Source of the DNA: Chiloscyllium plagiosum
Taxonomy: Eukaryota
Assembly: GCF_004010195.1 (NCBI RefSeq)
Contig: NW_025214804.1
Span: 1-33,681, forward strand
Reading direction: 5' to 3'
DNA: 33,681 bases
Position numbers and translations under genes: made by a program. The notes under the pieces are model-generated. The model did no database searches. It was not told the origin of the DNA and saw only the letters and a program-made list of their open reading frames with translations. Shown piece by piece: positions 26,211 through 33,681 of this stretch; the stretch's first letter is position 1; each line of letters begins with the position of its first letter.

Positions 26211-26418
26211 CCCTTTACCCTGCTCCCACCCTGTTGTAGAACCCCAAGGTTTCCTTCCTTTGACAGTCATGTTGTCTGAGTCCTATGTTCCAATCGTCCC
26301 TTGCCATCTGCCTCCTGTCACTTTACCGATTCACTGATCCATTTGGCTAAAGTTATGTCTAGTCTCTCGCAGGTTTGATCATTTTAAATGTGTGGTTTTT
26401 ATTTCCTGTTTCCTGCAG

Positions 26419-26447
26419 ATTCCACCAAACGACCTCCATGTTCGAAG
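26419..26447 (+). CDS. Candidate 29-bp internal exon of an unidentified gene
   Basis: Acceptor TTTTTATTTCCTGTTTCCTGCAG and donor AAG|GTCAGT in non-repeat sequence. No stop in any frame. Confidence 0.5.
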
Positions 26448-26641
26448 GTCAGTGTTTTGTCCTTCAGATCCAAGTGACTACAGTATGACATAATTTTGCA
26501 TGTTCATTTCTCTCCCAGCATCGTTGTGGGGTCTGTCCTCTCTTTCACTTTTCGACTGACGCAAGTCACCTTTCTTTCATTCCTCTCTCTGATGGGGAGG
26601 CCCTTTGACAGTGTATCAGGCCTTGACTGGTCAGACATTGA

Positions 26642-26644
<3 letters not shown>

Positions 26645-26672
<28 letters not shown>
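26645..26672. repeat. (TC)14 microsatellite
   Basis: Directly visible. Confidence 0.95.
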
Positions 26673-26675
<3 letters not shown>

Positions 26676-27039
26676 ATTTCTCTCGGTCAGCCGTCCATGT
26701 TTCTGACCTTGAGGTGGTCCTGGTCATTCCCATCCCTGAACTAACCAGCCCCTGTCCTCACTGTCCTGCAGTAAACCTTTGGCAATGCCTCAGCTTTCAA
26801 ACTCTCAGCGTTGTTTTCAAATCGCGTCCATCCCTTCAACCCTGAGATTTCCGGCGTCTCCTCTAGTTCTGGCCTTGCATTGTCTTTGACGCCACCCCTG
26901 AACGGTGAGACCGCAGAAGGAAGCCCTTCACCTCCTCCTCCCTGAACCAGCGTTTACTGTGTCCCTCTTTCCCCCAGTGATCATGCGCCACCATCCTTTT
27001 TGAAGAAACTGTCTAATTGCCTTTTCACTGCCTTGATTA

Positions 27040-27566
27040 GAGTCAGAGATGTGTGCATCACGGAAACAGACGCTTTGGTCCAACTCGTTCACATCAACAA
27101 TTTATCGGAAATTAATCTAGTCCCACCTGCCAGCCCTTGGCCCATAACCCTCCAAACCCTTCCTATTCATGTCCCCATCCAGATGCCTTTTAAATGCTGT
27201 CATTGTACCAGCCTCCACCACTTCCTCTGGCAGCTCATTCCATACACGCACCACCGGCTGCATGAAAAAGTTGCCCCTTAGGCCCCTTTCCCCTCTCCCC
27301 CTAAACCTACACCCTCTAGTTCTGGACTCCCGCCACCCCAGGGAAAAGACTTTCTCTATTTATCCGATTCATGTCCTTCATGATTTTATAAACCTCTATA
27401 AGGTCACCCCTCAGCCTCTGATGCTCCAAGGACAACAGCCCCAGCCTGTTCAGCCCATCCCTGTAGCTCATACCCTCCAACATCCTTGTATATCTTTTCT
27501 GAACCCTTTCAAGTTTCACACCATCCTTCTGACAGCAGGGAGACCAGATTGAACGCAATATTCCAA
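27040..27566 (-). mobile_element. CR1 3'-end fragment
   Basis: ORF 27316-27630: WSP...KLERVQKRYTRMLEGMSYRDGLNRLGLLSLEHQRLRGDLIEVYKIM, the typical CR1 ORF2 C-terminus, plus the tail. Confidence 0.9.
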
Positions 27567-27789
27567 AGACTGAACCTGCTTCCACCGCACTCTCTGATCC
27601 TGGATTCCAGGACCACTCACAGCATCTCAAAGAGTCTCCTCCTGTCCCTTCTGCTTCCTTTCCCAGTGGGTATTACTCATTGACATCCTCGCATTCCCCC
27701 ATCCTCCCTGAGGCGGGGGGAGGGGTGGGGGGGTGGGGGGGGCACGGTTTCTGCACTTCACTGGAACCATCAGAGATGCCTCGAGTAAC

Positions 27790-27975
27790 AGGGAAGTCGC
27801 CATAGTGACGTAATGCTGCTCTCTCATTGGACACTCGCAAAGGGTGGTGGGTTGAATCTGAGAGTTACTGCGCCGCAAGTGAGGGGAGAGGTTAAGGAGA
27901 TTGAGAGTCCTTCGTGGTCTCCTCATCCAGTGCTAGAATTGAACCCAAGCTATCTGCATCACCATTCATCTGTCC
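27790..27975 (-). mobile_element. Old tRNA-derived SINE fragment
   Basis: Minus-strand B-box-like GGGTTCAATTCTAGC near 27932-27947. Confidence 0.35.
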
Positions 27976-28350
27976 AGCTGATGATCATTCCAACCCCCGT
28001 TCCTCCTGGAGACTCACAGCAGTTCTCTCACTTGTTTGTATCACTGACACCACGGGGTGGCGGGTACCTACACAGAGTCTTCTGCAGATGCTGAGTGGAT
28101 CTTGAGTGACAGAATACATTTATGACATTGTACTTAAGAGCTAGGCTACACTCGCTCTGCACTCCACGGCTCTTGTGAGATTCTGAGGCTGGGGATGAGA
28201 GTAAATTCACATTTCGGTCAGCTCCATTGCTTGTTCAGGCCAGAACACCCAAGTACACGCTGACACTCATGAGATACACACTGGTTATCTCCTCCCAAGA
28301 TCATTCCTTTGTGTGCTAGTGGTTGGAATTTATCTTGTGGTGCCTTTGCA

Positions 28351-28863
28351 GGTGGTGGTTCAGTGGTTAGCACTGCTGCCTCACGGCACCAGGGAGCCGG
28401 GTTCAACTCCAGCCTCGGGGTGACTGTCTGTGTGGAGTTCACACATTCTCCCCGTGTCTGCGTGGGTTCGCTCCGGGTGCTCCGATTTCCTCCCACAGTC
28501 CAGGGATGTGCAGGTTAGGGTGGATTGGCCATGCTAAATTACCCATAGTGCCCAGGGATGTGCAGGTTCGGGTGGATTGGCCATGCTAAATTACCCATAG
28601 TGTCTAGGGATGTGCAGGTTAGGGTGTATTTGCCGTGCTATAATTACCCATAGTGCTCAGAGATGTGTAGGTTAGGGTGGATTGGCCGTGCTAAATTACC
28701 CATAGTGTCTAGGGATGTGCAGGTTAGGGTGGATTGGCCATGCTAAATTAGCCATAGTGCCCAGGGATATGCAGGTTAGAGTGGATTAGCCGTGCTAAAT
28801 TACCCATAGTGCCCAGGGATGTGTAGGTTAGGGTGGATTGGCCGTGCTAAATTACCCATAGTG
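28351..28863 (+). mobile_element. V-SINE (HE1-like), 5' part with seven tandem 52-bp internal units
   Basis: A box TGGTTCAGTGG, B box GGTTCAACTCC, and the V-domain. CAGGGATGTGCAGGTTAGGGTGGATTGGCCATGCTAAATTACCCATAGTGCC is repeated from 28501. Confidence 0.9.
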
Positions 28864-28920
28864 GTGAAAATGTGTTGCTGGAAAAGCGCAGCAGGTCAGG
28901 CAGCATCCAAGGAACAGGAG

Positions 28921-28956
28921 AATCGACGTTTCGGGCATAAGCCATTGTTCAGGAAT
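28921..28956 (-). ncRNA. Mutated minimal hammerhead ribozyme motif
   Basis: AUUC-CUGAACA-A-UGGC-UUAU-GCCC-GAA-ACGU-C-GAUU. The core is CUGAACA instead of CUGANGA, so it is probably inactive. Confidence 0.55.
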
Positions 28957-29056
28957 GAGGAAAGTGTGTCCAGCAGGCTAAGATAAAAGGTAGGGAGGAG
29001 GGACTTGGGGGAGGGGCGTTGGAAATGCAATAGGTGGAAGGAGGTCAAGGTGAGGG

Positions 29057-29163
29057 NNNNNNNNNNNNNNNNNNNNNNNNNNNNNNNNNNNNNNNNNNNN
29101 NNNNNNNNNNNNNNNNNNNNNNNNNNNNNNNNNNNNNNNNNNNNNNNNNNNNNNNNNNNNNNN
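29057..29163. other. Assembly gap (107 N)
   Basis: Run of N. Confidence 1.
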
Positions 29164-30153
29164 TGGAGGCGGAGAGGTCAAGTAGAAGACTGCAGGTCAG
29201 GAAGGCGGTGCTGGGCTGGAGGGATCCGGCTGAGACAAGGTGGGGGGAGGGGGGGTGAAGGAACTGGTGAGGTCCAAGTTCATCCCCTGCGGTTGGAGTG
29301 TTCCCAGTCGGAAGATAAGACGCTCCTCCTCCGACCGTCGGGTTGTTGTGGTTTGGCGGTGGATGAGTCCAATGACCTGCATATCCTCGGTGGAGTGGGA
29401 GGGGGAGTTGAGATGCTGTGCTACAGGTTGGTTGGGTTGGTTCGTCCGGGTGGCCCAGAGGTGCTCTCTGAATCGCTCCGCAAGTAGGCGGCCTGTCTCC
29501 CCAATATAGAGGAGGCCAGACCGGCTGCAGCGGATGCAGTAGATGATGTGGGTGGAGGTGCAGGTGAATCTGTGGCGGATATGGAAGTTTCCTTTGGGGC
29601 CTTGGAGAGAGGTGAGGGGGGAGGTGTGGGCGCAAGTGTTGTACCTCCTGCGGTTGCAAGGGAAGGTGCCGGGAGTGGTGGTTGGGTCGGTGGGGGGTGT
29701 GGATCTGACAAGGGAGTCGCGGAGGGAGTGGTCTCTACGGAAAGCTGATAGGGGAGGGGAGGGAAATATATCCTTGGTGGTGGGGTCCGTTTGGAGGTGG
29801 CGGAAATGACGGCGGATGGACGCTGTACATGGAGCTTGGTGGGGTGGTAGGTGAGGACCAGTGGGGTTCTGTCCTGGTGGCGGTTGGAGGGGCGGGGCTC
29901 AAGGGCGGAGGAGCGGGAAGTGGAGGAGATGCGGTGGAGGGCACCGTCGACCACGTCTGGGGGTAAATTGCGGTCCTTGAAGAAGGAGGCCATCTGTGTT
30001 GTACAGTTTTGGAACTGGTCCTCCTGGGAGCAGATGCGGCGGAGTCGAAGGAATTGGGAATATGGAATGGCGTTTTTACAGGGGGCAGGATGGGAGGAGG
30101 TGTAGTCCAGGTAGCTGTGGGAGTCGGTCGGTTTATAGTAAATGTCCGTGTTG

Positions 30154-30351
30154 ATTACCCATAGTGCCCAGGGATGTGCAGGTTAGGGTGGATTGGCCAG
30201 GCTAAATTACCCATAGTGCCCAGTGATGTGTGGGCTAGGTGAGTTAGTCATGTGAAATGTAGGGTTACAGGGGCCTGGGTGGGATGGTCTTCGGAGAGTT
30301 GGTGTGGACTTTATGGTGGAATGGCCTGCTTTCATACTGTCTGGATTCTAT
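30154..30351 (+). mobile_element. 3' remainder of the V-SINE (more 52-bp units plus tail)
   Basis: The unit resumes in register, then GGGTGGGATGGTCTTCGGAG...GAATGGCCTGCTTTCATACTGT..GATTCTAT, like the 1975-2050 tail. Confidence 0.85.
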
Positions 30352-30514
30352 AAAGTGTTAGCTCACTCTTTCGGGTACAGACTGTCTTGCACAACAGCTT
30401 TGACTCAAACATCTCCAGTGGCTTCACCAATGACTGACCCTCCAAAATAAGGTGCTAGATTTTCACTTGAGCGTCCCTTGTAGAGGGAGGATTTTCAACA
30501 ACAATGATCCCACA

Positions 30515-30975
30515 GGAATGCTGTGAGGGTTGGAGAGTTTGAGCTATAGGGAGAGACTGAATAGGTTGGGGTTTACTCCCCCAGAGTGTGAGGGGTCACC
30601 TTTATAGAGGTTTATAAAATCATGAGGGGCATGGGTTGGATAAACAGACAAGGTCTCTTCCCTGGGGTTGGGGAGTCCAGAACTAGAGGGCCATAGGTTT
30701 AAGGTGAGGTGGAAAGATTTAAAAGGGACCTAAGGGGTAACTTTTTCACGCAGAGGGTGGTACGTGTGTGGAACGAGCTGCCAGAGGAAGTGGCGGAGGC
30801 TGGTACAATGACAGCATTTAAAAGGCATCTGGATGGGGACATGAATAGGAAGGGCTTGTAGGTATATGGGCCAAGTGCTGGCAAACGGGACTTGATCGGG
30901 TTAGGGATATCTGGGTCAGCACGGATGGGTTGGTCCGAAGGGTCTGTTTCCGTGCTGTACATCTCTATGACTCTA
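30515..30975 (+). mobile_element. CR1 3'-end fragment
   Basis: LSYRERLNRLG, EVYKIM and GESRTRG motifs, ending in CTCTATGACTCTA. Confidence 0.9.
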
Positions 30976-30989
30976 AGTATGGGCGGGGA

Positions 30990-31110
30990 TACAGCTGCAA
31001 AGATGCTGGAAGCCCGGAAGGAAAATAGAAAGTTCCGGAAACACTGAGCAGGACCAACAGCCTCCACGGAGAGAATCGATGTTTCCCTCTGTGACCCTTT
31101 GTCAGAGCAT
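30990..31110 (-). mobile_element. Old Penelope-type terminal fragment with a decayed hammerhead core
   Basis: Minus strand CTGACAAAGGGTCACAGAGGGAAACATCGATTCTCTCC...TTCCAGCATCTTTGCAG. Confidence 0.45.
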
Positions 31111-31142
31111 AAAGGTGGAAGGTTAAAGACTGATCAGATTCA

Positions 31143-31192
31143 AGTCATAGAAATGTACAGCACGGAGACAGACCCTTTGGTCCAATTTGTCT
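31143..31192 (-). mobile_element. Very short CR1 3' tip
   Basis: AGTCATAGAAATGTACAGCACGGAGACAGACCCTTTGGTCCAA is the near reverse complement of 30930-30972. Confidence 0.75.
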
Positions 31193-31277
31193 GTTCAGAG
31201 TTCCTCAAGGTTTTGACAGGCTGGTTAGAATCAAGTGGGAATAACCTTAAAATCAGAATGTGATCTTTCGGGGGCTG

Positions 31278-31720
31278 TGGCCTCCTCCTGTTCCTGTGTA
31301 ACAGTCTGGAGGGGGTGGGGCCGAATGGCCTCCTCCTGTTCCTGTGTAACAGTCTGGAGGGGAAGGGCCGAATGGCCTCCTCCTGTTCCTGTGTAACAGT
31401 CTGGAAGGGGAGGGCCGAATGGCCTCCTCCTGTTCCTGTGTAACAGTCTGGAGGGGGTGGGGCCGAATGGCCTCCTCCTGTTCCTGTGTAACAGTCTGGA
31501 GGGGGAGGGCCGAATGGCCTCCTCCTGTTCCTGTGTAACAGTCTGGAGGGGGTGGGCGAATGGCCCCCCCCCTGTTCCTGTGTAACAGTCTGGAGGGGGA
31601 GGGCCGAATGGCCTCCTCCTGTTCCTGTGTAACAGTCTGAAGGGGAGGGCCGAATGGCCTCCTCCTGTTCCTGTGTAACAGTCTGGAGGGGAAGGGCCGA
31701 ATGGCCTCCTGCTGTTCCTG
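31278..31720. repeat. 47-48-bp minisatellite, ~9.4 copies (GGGCCGAATGGCCTCCTCCTGTTCCTGTGTAACAGTCTGGAGGGGGA)
   Basis: Directly visible. The unit contains the LINE/SINE tail motif GGGCCGAATGGCC. Confidence 0.95.
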
Positions 31721-31837
31721 ATGAAGGGTTCCACCCGAACCGTTGCCTTGTCCAGCTCCTGATGCTGCCTGGCTGGCTGTGTCCTTCTGGCCTCCCACTT
31801 GTCCACCTTGGATTCCAGCATCTGCAGTTGTTTTAGT
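31718..31837 (+). mobile_element. Short Penelope-type terminal fragment starting at a hammerhead-like core
   Basis: CTGATGAAGGGTTCCACCCGAACCGTTG...GATTCCAGCATCTGCAGT, flanked by CTCCTSCTGTTCCTG at 31706-31720 and 31838-31852. Confidence 0.7.
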
Positions 31838-31956
31838 CTCCTCCTGTTCCTGTCTGACAGACCCAGAGTCCTCACAGGGAGTAGGAAGAGCACCTTCATT
31901 ACGGCAAACCCCAGAAGGTATTGCATATCAATGATTTCTCTTTCTTTCTCTTTCAG

Positions 31957-32003
31957 GTCCAATACCCCTCGTCCAATCGCCATCACTTCTCCCTCGAGCA
32001 GAG
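31957..32003 (+). CDS. Candidate 47-bp internal exon of an unidentified gene
   Basis: Strong acceptor TTTCTCTTTCTTTCTCTTTCAG and consensus donor GAG|GTAAGT. Open in all three frames. Confidence 0.6.
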
Positions 32004-32207
32004 GTAAGTGGGACCCAGATCGAAGTCGGAGTTGTCTTGTCCACGCGTCTTTCCGATCTACGCGCTGTTCCCTTCCTTCCTGGCCGCTGAGGTATGGGAG
32101 GCAGAGACTCAGGACCCCCATCTTGAATAAACAAAATGACGAAACGAATCATGCGTTGGTTTGTTTTTGCCAGTAATACAAAAGGAAAGATCAACTTATT
32201 GAGTGAT

Positions 32208-32371
32208 AGATTCTGGATCAGTGTTGCTGGAAGAGCACAGCAGTTCAGGCAGCATCCGAGGAGCAGCAAATGTCGATTTTACTGCTCCTCGGATGCTGCC
32301 TGAACTGCTGTGCTCTTCCAGCAACACTAATCCAGAATCTCGTTTCCAGCATCTGCAGTCATTGTTTTTAT
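32208..32371. mobile_element. Penelope-derived fold-back (inverted pLTR) insertion with a 13-bp TSD
   Basis: Arms of ~60 bp at 32208-32270 and 32278-32340 with about two mismatches. CTTATTGAGTGAT occurs at 32195-32207 and 32372-32384. Confidence 0.85.
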
Positions 32372-32449
32372 CTTATTGAGTGATGGAACAGGCCCAAAGG
32401 GACGAGTGGCCTCCTCACGGTCGTACGTTTATAAAATAAGGATGAAGGT

Positions 32450-32985
32450 GGTCGGGGCCCTGGGACATTACCCCGAGGGACTCCTGCAGAGATGGTCCTG
32501 GAGAGTGAGGTGACTGACCCTCCCACAACCACGACCATCTTCCTTGGTGTCAGGTATGACTCCAACCACCAGAGAGTGTGGCCCCTTGATACCCATTGAT
32601 TCCTGTTTTTTTGTAGGGGCTCCTTGATGCCACACTTGGTCAAACGTAGCCTTGGTGTCAAGGGCTGTAGCTGTCACGCTCCCTCCTCCTCACCTCCACT
32701 CTGGGATTCAACTCTGTGTCCGTGTTTGAACCAAGGCCGTAATGAGGACAGGAGCTGAATGACCCTGGGGGGGGTGGGGGATCCTGTCACTGAGCAGGTT
32801 ATTGCTGAGCAGAGAGCTGCTTGGGTAACACTGTTGGTGACACCTTCCATCATTTTCCTGATCAGAATAGACCGATGGGGCAAGAATTGGCTGAGTTGGA
32901 CTTGTTCAGCTTCCTGTGTGGAGGACACACCTGGGCAATTCTTCCACATTGTCGGCTGGATGCCAGTGTTGTAGCTGTAGCTAGG
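32450..32985 (-). mobile_element. Non-LTR retrotransposon RT fragment (CR1 group, a different family from the others)
   Basis: YNTGIQPTMWK, ALDTKATFDQVWHQG, LWWLESYL..RKMVVVVGG and ISAGVPRG are RT domain motifs, frameshifted. Confidence 0.85.
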
Positions 32986-33282
32986 ATCGGGACGTTCACT
33001 TGTTCCTGGGTAGGTATTCCTACCTAACAGGTTAAAGCAGGTTGTAGACCGCACTCTGGTTCCTGGGCATCAGGTTGGAAGACCAAACAGCCTCCTCTGT
33101 TCCATTGTAACAGCGTTGAGATTATGAATGGACTCCTGTTCTTCATGTGCAGCGGGTGTGAGGGACTGAATAACCATCCTCCTGTTCCTGGGGTACCAGG
33201 CTCGAGGGGCTGAATGTCCTTCTTCTGTCCCAAGAGGCCTGTCTGGTCCACTCCGGTTGCAGCTGGGGTAAAGGCAATTACA

Positions 33283-33681
33283 GTGTGATTAGGCACGGTT
33301 TAGGATGCACAGGATGGGGAAGGAAACTGCAGGGGATGGGCACAATCAAAATGTGGAGCTTATTCAAAGAACAGCTACTGCGGGTCCTTGATAAGTATGT
33401 ACCTGTCAGGCAGGGAGGAAGTGGTCGAGCGAGGGAGCCGAGGTTTACTGGAGAAGTTGAATCTCTTGTCAAGAGGAAGGTGGCTTATGTTAGGATGAGA
33501 CGTGAAGGCTCAGTTAGGATGCTTGGGAGTTGCACGTTATCCAGGAAAGACCTAAAGAGAGAGCTAGGAAGAGCCAGGAGGGGACATGAGAAGATAGGAT
33601 CAAGGAAAACCCTAAGGCTTTCTATAGGAATATCAGGAATAAAAGAATGATTAGAGTAAGATCAGGGCCAATCAAGGACAG
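33283..33681 (+). mobile_element. CR1 ORF2 internal fragment running off the window
   Basis: MWSLFKEQLLRVLDKYVPVRQ...LKRELGRARRGHEK and KENPKAFY, the EN-RT linker also seen at 2567-2995. Confidence 0.85.

Larger units (their letters stand above)
28864..30153 (-). mobile_element. 5'-truncated Penelope-like element (RT C-terminus/thumb, GIY-YIG endonuclease, 3' pLTR), frameshifted
   Basis: Minus strand reads TDIYYKPTDSHSYLDYTSSHP..CKNAIPYSQFLRLRRICS, then CTSTHIIYCIRCSRSGLLYIGETGRLLAERFREHL (GIY-YIG), then EERLIFRLGTLQPQGMN. Frameshift near 29820. Flanked by ATTACCCATAGTG at 28851-28863 and 30154-30166. Confidence 0.92.

Noticed and set aside
10952..26279. 5,095-aa and 5,073-aa ORFs as real giant protein genes
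   Set aside because: They are pure translation of a 28-bp satellite with no synonymous variation, and the same peptide appears in all frames.
28351..28420. tRNA gene
   Set aside because: The A and B boxes continue into a V-SINE body, so this is a SINE head.
29235..30153. Active Penelope ORF
   Set aside because: It is 5'-truncated (no RT catalytic core) and frameshifted, and its hammerhead core is mutated.
31231..32121. 296-aa and 181-aa minus-strand ORFs
   Set aside because: They derive from the 47-bp minisatellite and adjacent repeat fragments.
32208..32340. MITE/DNA transposon or miRNA gene
   Set aside because: The arms are Penelope pLTR sequence, the palindrome is offset within the TSD-bounded insert, and there is no expression evidence.

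Overview
Repeat-rich vertebrate DNA, most likely from a shark or ray, inferred from HE1-type V-SINEs, CR1 LINEs, Penelope-like elements and a GPR139-like exon. About 44% of the window is a perfect 28-bp tandem array (11061-25754, ~525 copies) with a short diverged right tail. The two ~5,000-aa ORFs are by-products of that array, and its length may be an assembly or gap-filling artefact. The left flank holds a decayed near-full-length CR1 with nested insertions, a 35-bp hairpin minisatellite, and a probable first coding exon of a GPR139/GPR142-like GPCR (10562-10736). I could not find the GPCR's second exon. The right flank holds two small candidate exons of an unidentified gene, CR1 fragments, and a V-SINE with an internally amplified 52-bp unit split by a Penelope RT/GIY-YIG fragment. 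It also has a 47-bp minisatellite built from a LINE tail. The most mechanistically interesting signal is a set of Penelope-associated minimal hammerhead ribozyme motifs (one intact-looking) and a TSD-flanked fold-back insertion centred on the predicted hammerhead cleavage site. I found no convincing wholly novel system. All family assignments are by eye, without database searches.
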